64,000 nt of DNA from Mobula hypostoma. Lineage: Eukaryota. The position numbers were made by a program, and so were the translations under genes. Shown here piece by piece: positions 52,930 through 64,000 of this stretch. How positions within the stretch are numbered: the stretch's first letter is position 1; the number at the start of each line of letters is the position of its first letter. The notes beneath the pieces are model-generated. The model saw nothing but the letters and a program-made list of their open reading frames with translations. It searched no databases and had not been told where the DNA came from. The DNA lies in assembly GCF_963921235.1 (NCBI RefSeq), contig NC_086097.1, positions 188,668,001-188,732,000 of the forward strand, in the 5' to 3' direction.

Positions 52930-53990
52930 CATTGTGATAGAGATTTGTACAAAACAGGAATAGGCCTTTCAGCCCAACTCATCCCATTTGCCTGCATTAG
53001 GCCAATATCCGTCTGCTTTGTTCCTACCCAAATAACCATCTGAATGCCTTTTAAAAACTCTGAAAGCATGTGCCTCTACCACATCTGGCAGCTTGCCTCA
53101 TAACAACCATCCTTTCTGGAAAACCTTGTGTCTCAGAACTCCTTTAAACTTCTCCCATCTCAACTCAAACCCTGCGGTTTTAGACTCCCTCACCCGAGGA
53201 AAAATATTTTATCTATGCCCCTCACAATTTTTATAAACATCTGCAAGGTTACTCCTCAGCCTCCTATATTCCAGTGAGAATAAATTCAGCCCCATCAATC
53301 TTTCCTGATAACTACAGCCCTCCATTAAAGACAACGCCTTGGTGGATCACTTTTGTATTCTTTCTAATGTTAGCATATCCTTTCTGTAGTGCAGTGAGCA
53401 GAACTGTATTTGGTCCTCCAACTGCAGCCTGCTTAATGTTTTGTACAACTGCAATATTACATCCCAACTCCTATACTCAATGCCTCAGCCTCTGAAGGTA
53501 GACATACCAAAGGCATTCTTCACTACCTCAGTCCCTTGATCCCATTAGTATTTGGCATCCAAAAGGAATTACCTTACACTTGTCTGGATTAAATTCAGTA
53601 TGTATCTAAACTGCCCAGCTTTTCAAATGATTTATGTCGTTCATATGTTTTCACAATCTTCTTTCTATCTACAGTGCCACTAATTTTTGCAAACTTACAT
53701 ATCAGTCTACCTGCATTTTCATCCAAGTCATTTATATATCTGATAAACCACAGTGCTTCAGCACCGGTCTCTGTGATACATCACTGATTAAATTTTCAGT
53801 TAGAAAAATACCCCCTCCACCTGTGACCTTCTGCCTGATATGACCAAAGACAATTTTGGATCCAGTTTGCCAACACAACTTGGATCCCATGTGCACAAAA
53901 TTTCTGGACTATCTACAGAGTGGGACTTCATTAAAAGCTTTGCTGAAGTCCACAGAAACCACTTTTATCATTCTGCCTTCATCAATTTTC
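52930..53990 (-). mobile_element. Old CR1
   Basis: Reverse-complement traces of VDFSKAF.EVP, INDLD and a 3' UTR. Confidence 0.65.
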
Positions 53991-55201
53991 AAAACATTTA
54001 AATATTTTGAAATATTTGTTAGCACTTGTTTTACTCTTCTTCATCATGCATGGTTTTAACTTGCATGGGCAGAAGATTTTTATTCTCCAATGAGCAATAA
54101 GTGTTTGGCCTTGTGCCACCCTCAGTACTTTACATCATTAACAGATTATGAGCAAATTTATTTATACTGTTAATGGATGACAATACCTTGGAAGCACTAC
54201 CAACAAGTTGTACAACTTGCAATTATCACCTGTTAAATTGTCAAAACATGGACAATCTTTAAATTGCATTATCCAAAAATGGCATTAGAGGGAGCACATT
54301 ACTTTGCCCTATCTGAAACAACACCACTGGAAAACAATGAGTGCCATGTTGTTTGGAAGTTAGCTAAAGATTCTTGCACCTTACCCACTACTAGAGTTCA
54401 ATTTTTAGCTTGCATCTATTTCTACTAACTGTGCATATTTTTGTTTAGGTGACACCACATTCCTGTAGGTATTTACAGGTTAAGCACATATTTAGCTTTA
54501 ATTTCAACACATGGGTAAAGCATTTATGTCATCTCTCCAGTGATTTAAAAAGTTCCCATTTACTTTTAAATTATTGAATACAAGACTGAACCAAATATTT
54601 CTCTCTTGAAAAGGATACAAATATGTGTGGCAGGAAAATGCAAATTCTATAATGAAAGCCTTAATTACTTCGTGCATAACTTATTTGATGGAAAACATCT
54701 CTAATTTTCCGATACAAGTTTATGGTAAGTAAGGTTCTGTGCCAGCATCATTTGAAATATTCGTTCCATGGTTTGCACCAACTGAAAAACTCAGCTTCAT
54801 CTGAAAGTACATTTAAGTCTCTTCATCTGTACTATGCATAATAATCAGGACTAAAACATCACTCTGTTAAAAACATGACAAGCTAAACATTAACCAAGAT
54901 ACATCTCATATTTTCATTCAAAGTTTGCCCAGGAAGAGCAATTTGAAATAAAACAGAAAACTCAAGATAAAAGAAACAGAAAACACCAGGAACATTCAGC
55001 ATGAAACAAGTTGATGTTTCAGGTCAAAAAACACTCTCAGATCCAATATCTTCAGTTTTTTAAAATTTTTATATGTTGAAGGCAACTTCTGTGGAAGTGA
55101 AACAGATGAGAGGTAATCGATTCAGGTTAATGACCTCTGACATGCTGTTAACCTGCTTTCATTTTCCACAGATGCTTCCTGACCTACTGAGTATTTTCTG
55201 T

Positions 55202-55780
55202 AACACTCACAACATGCTGGAGGAACTCAGCAGGTCGGGTAGCATCCGTGGAAACGATGAGTCGATGTTTCGGGCCAGAACCCATCGTCAGGACTGTAGG
55301 GGGAAGGGGCAGAGGCCCAATAAAGAAGGAAGGGGGAGGGTGGGAAGGAGAAGGCTGGTAGGTTCCAGGTGAAAAACCAGTAAGGGGAAAGATAAAGGGG
55401 TGGGGAAGGGAGGCAGGGAGGTGATAGGCAGGAAAGATGAAGAAAGAATAGGGGAAAACACAATGGGTAGCAGAAGGAGGCGGGACCATGAGGGAGGTAG
55501 TAGGCAGCTGGGGGAGGGGGCAGAGTGACATAGGGATAGGAGAAGGGAGGGGAAGGAAATTACCGGAAGTTGGAGAATTCTATGTTCATACCAAGAATAT
55601 GTTCCCACCCTCCCCCCACCTTATTTATAGGGCCTCTGCCACTTCCCCCTACAGTCCTGACAAAGGGTTCCAGCCCAAAACGTCGACTCATCATTTCCAC
55701 GGATGCTGCCCGACCCGCTGAGTTCCTCCAGCATGTTGTGAGTGTTGCTTTGACCCCAGCATCTGCAGATGATTTTGTGT
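55202..55780. mobile_element. Penelope-like element 3' end with inverted pseudo-LTR
   Basis: TSD tgagtattttctgt at 55188-55201 and 55781-55794; ~145-nt inverted arms (55202-55346 / 55602-55746); 34-nt tail; minus strand GMNIEFSNFR* (55560-55592) followed by a pyrimidine-rich UTR and a hammerhead motif. Confidence 0.85.
55260..55295 (-). ncRNA. Minimal type I hammerhead motif, sense to the WWP1 pre-mRNA
   Basis: agtc-CTGACGA-T-GGG-ttctgg-CCC-GAAA-CA-TC-gact; 4-bp stem I, 3-bp stem II. Confidence 0.65.
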
Positions 55781-56474
55781 TGAGTATTTTCTGTTTTAAC
55801 TTAAAATTTCCAGCATATGTACATTTTACTTTATCAAAGCTTACTAACCTATTAAGGAAATATCAATTATAGATTACAAATATGTATTGTTATTCTTCAA
55901 GAGTCCATTATCTAACTCTACTGATACTAGAAATGAATCCTCAAATTACAAAATTTAATAGCTTCATTCTAAATCCATTACACTTATTAAGCAGCATTTT
56001 AGACTTTGTACTAAAAGCCACGTTGTCCCAGAACTACGAATGCACTATTTCCATAAAGGACAGAGGAAAAATGGAGAGAGTACATAACACAAAATTTGGA
56101 TGGAAAGTACTACACAATGGTTTTATATCACAAATAAAATCTATCAGAATTTGATGAACCATTGACATGACAGAGCATAATCATCTGTGAATTATCTTGA
56201 ACACTCAAAGCTGAAATGTTATCTGCAAGTTTGACTGCACATGACCACTACTAGTGCAGTTGCATGCTGAGTAAAGGCTCATGTGCTCTTTCCTTCACGA
56301 ACATCCACTTAGTGAAGCTCACAATCATAAAATGCAATTGTGCAGCTATGCTCTAGATGCAAATCCTTTGTCATCACTCCTCGTGTTTTATTATTAATCC
56401 CACAGCCTTTAGGAAAGTTCTGACCATATCCTTGTCTTTATTTTAAACTATACCTCTTTTGGAGTATTATCCCT

Positions 56475-57740
56475 GCATACATCAGATGCTCGTTATTATC
56501 TACAGCTTGGCACTCAATACTATCATCCCCTCACAGCTAATCGATAAGCTTCAAGTCCTAGGCCACAATACCTCCTTGTGCAACCGGATCCTCGATTTCC
56601 TCACTTGCAGAACCCAGTCAGTTCAGACTAGCAAAAACAGCTCCTCCATAATCTCCCTCAGCACAGGTGCTGTGTGCTTAGCTACCTGCTCTACTCAGTT
56701 TATACTTATGGCTGTGAGGCTAAGCGCAGCTCCAAAGCCATATCTAAGTTTGAAGACACCATTGTTATTGGCTAAACCACAGGTGGTGATGAATTAGCAA
56801 ATAGAAGGGAGACTGAAAACCTGGCTGAGTGGTGTCACAATAACAACCTCTGACTCAATGTCAGCAAGACCAAGAAAATGGTTATTGACTTCAGGAAAAG
56901 AAGGAAAAAAAAAGGTCCTTATCGGGGTGGGAGTAGTGGGGGTCAGAGGTGGAGAGGGTCAACAACTTTCAGTTCCTCGGTTATTTCAGAGGAAATATAC
57001 TGGGTCCAGAACATATGTACCATTACAAAGAAAGCACAGCAACAACTCAACTTTCTTAGAAGTTTGCAAAGATTTGGCATGTTATCTAAAACTCTGACAA
57101 ACTTCTATAGATATGTGGTGGAGAGTATATTGACTGATTGCATCATGGCCTGGTATGGAAGCACCAATGCCCTTGTACAAAAAAGCCTACAAAAAGTAGT
57201 GGTTATGGCCTATCATGGGTTAAGCCTTTCCCTACATGAAGCACTGTCACAGGAAAGCAGTATCCATCAGGGACCCCCAACTGTGCTCTCTTCTTGCTGC
57301 TGCCATCAGGAAAGTGATACAGGAGCCTCAGGATTCACACCACCAGTTTCAAGAATCAGTTATTACCTCTCAACCAGCAAGCTCTTAATGGGGTAACTGT
57401 GGAAACAGTTCAATGATAGCTCTTGAATCAGAGGGAATAGCTTCACTTGCCCCATCATGAACTGTTCCCACAATCTATGAACTCACTTTCCAAAACTCTT
57501 CATCTCATGTTCTCAATATTTGTTTATTTATTATTATAATTTCTTTTTTCCTCTTTTTGTATTTGCAGTTTGGTGGGTTTTTTTTGTACATTGGTTGTTG
57601 TCCATCCCATTGGCTGCAATCTTTCATTGACTCTATTGCGTTTCTTGTATTTACTGTGATTATCTGCAAGAAAATGAATCTCAGGGTTGTATATGGTAAC
57701 ATATATGTATTTTGATAATAAATGCACTTTGAACTTTCAA
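56475..57740 (+). mobile_element. Decayed Rex/Babar-type LINE
   Basis: [43 protein letters not shown]. Confidence 0.75.
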
Positions 57741-58449
57741 CAGAGCTATCAGCGTATCCATTGAGAAATAAAGCATCCCTGTACACCTGTAATGTTGTAC
57801 GTTTTCCATAGAAGTCTAAGGAAAACAACTGATCCACACTTGACCCAATATGTTCACAGCCAAGTCAAACTCTTCCAAAGTGCTCCCTGTTTCTTCCACA
57901 GTTCAAACCAGAGCTCTTCATCCATTAAGAGGAACCTGAGGGGGATCTTTTGCACTAGAGGACAAAACAAGTGTGGAAGGAGCTGCCAGTAGAAGTGATG
58001 GATGAAGGCTCGATTGCAATACTTAAGACGTTTGGATAAGCACATGGATGGGAGGAGTGTGATCCAGGTGTGGGACTGATGGGATTAGGCAGAATAACAA
58101 CTTGGCACAAACTAGATGAGTTCAACCGCCTGTTTCTGTGCTGCAGCATTCTATGATTCTACTAGCTTTTCCATTTTTATTTTGCTCCTTTTCCATCCAT
58201 GTATCCCAATTCACTTTCCCCATTCACTACCAACATTTTTTTTTAATATGTTACCATTCATTTTCCTACCTCTTGCTCCCCCTCCCTTGCCACACATTTG
58301 CTCTATTTTCTCACTCTCTGTGTCGCACCTGACAGAAGTTACTGTGACCACTGCATACTGCAACAAGATTCCCACCTATGTCACTGAATGTTCAAAGTCT
58401 GATCCACTCACTGCAAAACTTTCAATGAGGCAACAGTTTTTTTTATATG

Positions 58450-59235
58450 AAGTTCAACCCAGAAAAGTGTGAAGTGATTCATCTTGGAAGGTCAAATTTG
58501 AAGGTAAAATACAGGGTTTAAGGCAGAATTCTTAGCAGTGTGGAGAAAGAGAAGGATCTGTGGTTCACATCCAAAAAAGCCCCAAAATTGATAGGGCGTA
58601 AAGAAGGCATATGGTGTGTCGACTTTCATTAGTTGGGGGATTGAGCTCAAGAGCCGCAAAATAATGTTGCAGCTCTACAAAACCCTAGTTAGATCATACT
58701 TGGAATATTGTGTTTAATTCTGGTTGCCTCATTATAGGAAGGATGTGGAAGCCTTAGAAGCTTTACCAAATAGATTTACCAGGATGCTACCTGGACTAGG
58801 GGGCATGTTTTATGAAGATAGGTTGAGCGAGCCAGGGGTTTTCTCTTTGGAGTGAAGGAGAATGAGAGGTGACTTGATAGACGTGAGCAAGATGATAACA
58901 GGCATAGATGGAGTGGATAGAGAGACTATTTCCCAGGGTGGAAATGGCTAATGCAGAGGAACATAATTGTAAGAAGATTGGTGGAAGTATAGGGTGGGGA
59001 TGTCAGAGGTATGTTCTTTATACAGAGAGTGGTGGACAGACGAAATGCTATGCCCAGGCTGGTGGTAAATGCAGATACATTAGGGGCATTGAAGAAAATT
59101 TTAGATAGGCATGTAGATGAAAGTAAAATGGAGGATTATGTAGGAAGGAAGGGTTAGATTGATCTTAGAGTAGGTTAAAAGGTCCGTACAACATTGTCAA
59201 AGGGTCTGTACTGTGCTGTAAAGTTCTATGTTCTT
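58450..59235 (+). mobile_element. CR1 3' portion
   Basis: FNPEKCEVIH, LEYCV, RFTRMLPGL traces and 3' UTR. Confidence 0.8.
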
Positions 59236-60931
59236 ACTTAAGAAAGTAGGACCCACCCAACTGTAGTCCCTTTTGTCAGTAAATTCTGACAATCGACCTT
59301 TATTGACTGGCAATATCATACATAAAAGAATAGTTATCAAAGGCACCCAGCAAAGAAAAGCACTCATTTTCTATTAAAAATATTAGCAGTTTTGTTCAAA
59401 CTTGCAATTGTATTGTTAACAAGTTCTTTTAAAACAATAAGTTGATGAGATATCCTTTACACATTCACAAACAAAAGTTGTTATAGCATTGCTTCTAGCT
59501 TTTCAGTTGGTGGATAGCTAATAAATATTCAGAAGTGCTTTAATTAACTTTACACAAAGTCAGTTTAAAAAAAACGTAATCTACATTGCATTATTTACTT
59601 TCTTATTTAACTATTAGATTAATTGAGGAGAACGAATAGCACACTTGGTTAGCAGCTATCATCCCTAAAAGCTGGCTCAAATTTATTCTTGGCATGTGAT
59701 GGGATGAAATTAATCGCAGTGAATGTTAAATATGAGAATGGCCAGCTTTAAACTAATTCCTAATCACAAAATGCATGCTTTCTCATAAGCTCAGAGCTTC
59801 GTGCAATTTTTTTTGTATTCATACAAGCGATGCGGACTTTGCAGGCTGGTCAGCATTTAAGGGTCCGTGCCTTGGAAAGATGCTGGTGGGCAGTCTTCTT
59901 GAGTTCTGCTGCAGTTCTTGAAGTTAAAGCTGGAATTACAGAATTCTGACCCAATCACTGTGAAGGAACAGTAACATATTTCAAGACAGGATGCTGTGTG
60001 GCTTGGGAGGCCACTTTCAGGTGGTGGTGCTCTCATGCTTAGCAAGCCTTGTCAATTTAGTCTAAGGAGTGTTGGTGAGTTGTTACAGTGATTCCTATAG
60101 ATGGTACACACTGCTGCTACTCTGCATCTGTGGTTTAAATAAGAAAATGGTTGTGGATAGGGTGCCTACCAAGTGGGCTGCTATTTGCGTAAGAACTTGG
60201 GAATTTACAATGATGCAGGTACATTAGAATTATGGGACATAATTAAAACACATACACTATATCTGAACCGTGACTTTGCACATCAAACTTTGTAACCCTT
60301 CATGTCAATATTGAGCTAAAAGTGAGATAAAAAGTTAAAATCTCAGTAGAAGTATCTCATTATATAAACAAATGTAAAAGAACGCCCATTTAATAACATT
60401 GAGAATATAAATTAAGTAAAGTCTCTGAAAGAACACTCATTCTGAAGCCACTTAGCCACATTTTAAAGGATGGCCAAAAATACTTTTTACTATAGTGTCA
60501 ATGACTGATTAACAAATGTTTAGCATTTCATAAATGGTTAACTGTAAGCATATCTGGTTTCTTGTATAGATCTTATTTATACAATTGATATGGGTCCAGA
60601 TATTTAGAAGCAGTTCCATTTGTTTTTATTGAAATTGCCAAATTGTAGCAACACATTACTACTTTATTAGCCTAGTTACATGAAATTTCACAGGAAGTAC
60701 TATGAATGCTATCAATTAAGCAACACAACATCTTACTAATAAAATACTACAAGTGTTTCCACGATTCAATTCAATATTTAACCAGTGCAATAGGAGGATC
60801 TAAACCATCAAATACTATTACAAATCTTACTTCCTGAATAAAACCTTCATTCAACAGTACCCATGACAAGTTTGTCCACAAAAATTCTTATGCAGCTTCA
60901 AGTAAAATATCTTGGAAGGAAAACACCATAC

Positions 60932-60989
60932 CAGTTACGTGCAACTGTGATCTTCCATTTTGATTGCTACTTGAACAAGTTGTTGCCAT
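60932..60989 (-). CDS. WWP1: WWP1 coding exon 1 (ATG at 60989; exon starts at 61007 with 18 nt of 5' UTR)
   Basis: MATTCSSSNQNGRSQLHVT+G; acceptor cctttgtag, donor gtatgg; 58 coding nt; gacATGG context. Confidence 0.88.
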
Positions 60990-60990
60990 G

Positions 60991-60996
60991 TCACAT
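60991..60996 (-). promoter_or_regulatory. Start-stop uORF (ATG TGA) 1 nt upstream of the WWP1 initiator
   Basis: Minus strand reads ag|GCTAACGTTGC ATG TGA C ATG GCA. Confidence 0.6.
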
Positions 60997-61456
60997 GCAA
61001 CGTTAGCCTACAAAGGAGGAAAATTAAGCATTACAAGTACTGTTACATATTTATTTCAATTATCATATCCATGGAGTTAACTGTCTATCTTTATAAAACA
61101 TTCCGCCATCCTGCCCGTTTAAAATAAGTTATAAATAACACCTTCTTGGTATTGTGCAGTATTCATCACAACTTTGGTATTATCAGTCAATTTGCAGCCA
61201 ATGAAGTACTTCTGAACAATAATGTAAAGACCATGGCAAATATATACTCCTATAAATAGCAATGACTAAAAAAATACAGTACTGAGATTTTAAATATTGG
61301 CTAGGGCACTGTAATAAACTAGTTAACTTGTTTTAGTAAAGCAACTCTAAATTTAAGACTATTTATATAAAGTACATTAAAAAAACTAGTGTTTCCATCT
61401 CAGTTTCTTTCTGTAGTTGTGGAAATAATTCAAATTCAGGTTCAAGTTTATTGTCA

Positions 61457-61836
61457 AAAACCTTGAAGCAGGTGGTCACGGTAGAACTGATAGTGCCTTA
61501 GGAAGACGGAATTGAGGAGGCTTTTGAGTATAATAAAGCCAAATACCAGGAGCTAGTAGAACAGTGCCAGAGACGGGGGTGGGAGCACGATTGCAAGCCT
61601 ATAGAGGCGGTGTATAGAGGTTTTGCTGGTAGCTCACTGTGCACAACTTCTCCTCTTGGTATTTGGGGCGCTGCAAAGGAAAGAGCTATCGGGACTATCA
61701 CTGAGGCTGCTGAGTGAGCCTTCAGATGGCTATGGATCAAGAGGTGTGACCTGTGGACCAGTGCTGCTGGGACACAAGACGGGGCCTGATCAACCCTGGC
61801 TGGGTTGCCTGGGTGAGGGTTTCTGATATTGAAAGA
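61457..61836 (+). mobile_element. 3' fragment of an RLE-type non-LTR retrotransposon (HERO-like)
   Basis: Frame 61466-61789: KQVVTVELIVP*EDGIEEAFEYNKAKYQELVEQCQRRGW..PIEAVYRGFAG..EAAE*AFRWLWIKR. Confidence 0.7.
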
Positions 61837-62849
61837 CACACACATATATACACACACAAACAAAATATCATTCTTCTGGGGTCAAGGTGCAATGTACAAA
61901 GTAACACACAGCACATATAGTTATGATCCAGCAAATACAGTCACAAAATAATATTAGCACAAGTCTCTGAGTGACATGACCCAAAGATTGACAAGTTGAC
62001 ATCACGAACAAGGTGCATGTTTAAGTAAAACAGTATTATATTACTGGCATTATTATAATAGAACACGGTGTAGTATAAAAATATGAAAAAAGCAACAATA
62101 AAAGATTAAAAGAGACCAGTACAGAGTGAGAATGTTCCTGTGAACTGGGAAGTGGGGCGGGAGGAGTGGGAAGGGCAGGTCATTCAGACAAGATGTAATC
62201 TTCCTAGGCTGCAGTTATTTTGTTTCAAAGAAACATTCCCACAATATTTACCAGATGATTATGGTTCAATTCCCATTCCAGATATTTGAGGAAGAAATTC
62301 ATATTGAGATTCCAATGCTAAAGGAGTTCTGCATATTGCAAGAGTCAGATTTTAAATCATAACATTAAAATAAAGGCCTGAATGCTCAGACTTAAAAGGA
62401 GTAATAGAATTGTTCGGAAGATGACTCTCCAATATTTCACCTCTAGAGTTTATTCGCACTATATTTACCATTTCAGAATGATTTTTGACAGGTTTTTATA
62501 TTGGATATTGGTAGTTAATTGTTCAAATGGGTAATTTCTTAACAAGAATATTGCTGGCCAATATATTCCTCTACACTGCCTTCAAATTAAATCCTTCTTG
62601 TGTTATGTAGTATTTAGGTGAAAGATTGGGAGCTGCCAGCCAAAAGCATCTGCATAAGCTAAAAATCACTGAAAACATTCAAACGCATGTGTCCTAGCAT
62701 ATTCTATAGCTACATTGAATTTAGTTTATGAACTGGGGAGGAAATGGCTGATGGAATATTACATGAAGTTGTCAATCAAATATATGAAAGTACTTTTTGA
62801 AATGGTGGAAAGTTGAAAATCATTTGCACTCAGAGAGATCTGAGTAAAC

Positions 62850-63510
62850 CTTGTAAACAAATCACTAAAAGTTAATATACAGATACAGAAAATAATTACA
62901 AAGACAAATGGTATATTGGCATTTACCGTAAGAGAATTTGAGCAAAGAGTAGACATACTATGAAATTAAAGGGTCCTGGTGAGATTGCATCTGAAATATT
63001 ATGTACCATTCATACTTCTCTAGCCAGGGACTGATAACACATTCCCTGAAGTGTAACAAAGGTTTAACACATTGGTTTCTGAAACAGGGAGATTTGTCCA
63101 ATGCTTAGATATTAAACAGATTGTATCTGCCTATACTGTGTGTAAAAGAATAAGAGATGATCTCATTGAAATTCTTACTTGGCCTTGTAGTATGGGTCCA
63201 GGAATGTTGCTTCTACTGGCTGGGTACCAAGGAATTTACGTATATTTCAAAACAAGGAATCACCATTCAGGGTTGTGATGAGATGAAATAATTTCTTCTA
63301 GAGGAAACAGAATCACTGAATTCTGTAGTCAAGTGGGTTGTGGAAGTTCAGTTGCTGAATATACTTAAGGCAGAGACTGATACGTTTTTGGCCAAACTAC
63401 ACTGGAATTATAGGAAAGCGATACTGCAGTAAAGGATTAGTTATGATGTTACTATGTGCAGAGGAAGCTCAAATGGCCTAATGCTACTTCCATTTCTAAT
63501 GTACTTATGG
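62850..63510 (+). mobile_element. Very old CR1 3' remnant
   Basis: Degenerate LVR.HL.Y, RGDLIE and 3' UTR traces. Confidence 0.5.
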
Positions 63511-64000
63511 TTGTAGAACAAAGCAGCATATGGTTTTGTACCATTATAAAGCCCACAATTTGTAAAGCTGTGAGAGTTTTATAACTGAATGCAGATTGTG
63601 AAAAAGGATTCTTTTCCACATATTAAAACAAAAATTATAACTGAAGCTGCCAGAAATGTGTATAAATAGGCACATAAATACCTATAAATACAGAAATTAC
63701 ATTAATAATTTTATTTTGCACATTTCTGTAAAAATACAACATCTCGATAAGCAGTCAGGGTATTATAGTCAAATTTATCTTTATTGAACCATATCTATCC
63801 CAATCCACTTTGAAGTCCCTAAAGATCATTCAAACATTTAAAGCATTATTTGACAGCTCCTGTGCATACTTCCAATCATAAAGGCATTAACATTATATTC
63901 AAGAAGAAGCATTGCTACATTAGTTACAGGTTGATGTAGCCATTTTCTGAAAACTGAGAGTCTGGCACCTCTTTTAATTCTGATGAAATTACGAGACAGT

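Overview
Vertebrate genomic DNA, probably from a cartilaginous fish (inferred from the repeat families). The whole window lies inside one minus-strand gene, the NEDD4-family C2-WW-HECT E3 ubiquitin ligase WWP1. I reconstructed 14 coding exons by hand (60989 down to 8263; 1818 nt, 606 codons). All have GT-AG boundaries and compatible phases. They encode the C2 domain, a Ser/Thr-rich linker, four WW domains and the start of HECT. The rest of HECT lies left of the window and the promoter lies to the right. The introns are dense with nested transposable elements: many CR1 LINEs (one with a nearly complete ORF2), Rex/Babar-type LINE remnants, a tRNA-derived SINE, Tc1, Tigger/pogo and hAT DNA elements, and a HERO-like endonuclease fragment. 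The most notable non-coding signal is three short fold-back insertions (33277-33502, 47188-47394, 55202-55780). Each has a 14-15 bp target-site duplication, a 32-36 nt unpaired tail and minimal type I hammerhead ribozyme motifs, which identifies them as Penelope-like remnants. Other points of interest are a start-stop uORF (ATG-TGA) 1 nt before the WWP1 start codon and inverted MITE/CR1 pairs bracketing exons. Hammerheads in Penelope-like elements are already known in general, so I cannot claim an undescribed system from sequence alone. TE boundaries without a stated TSD or TIR are approximate, and family names come from motif recognition, not a database search.
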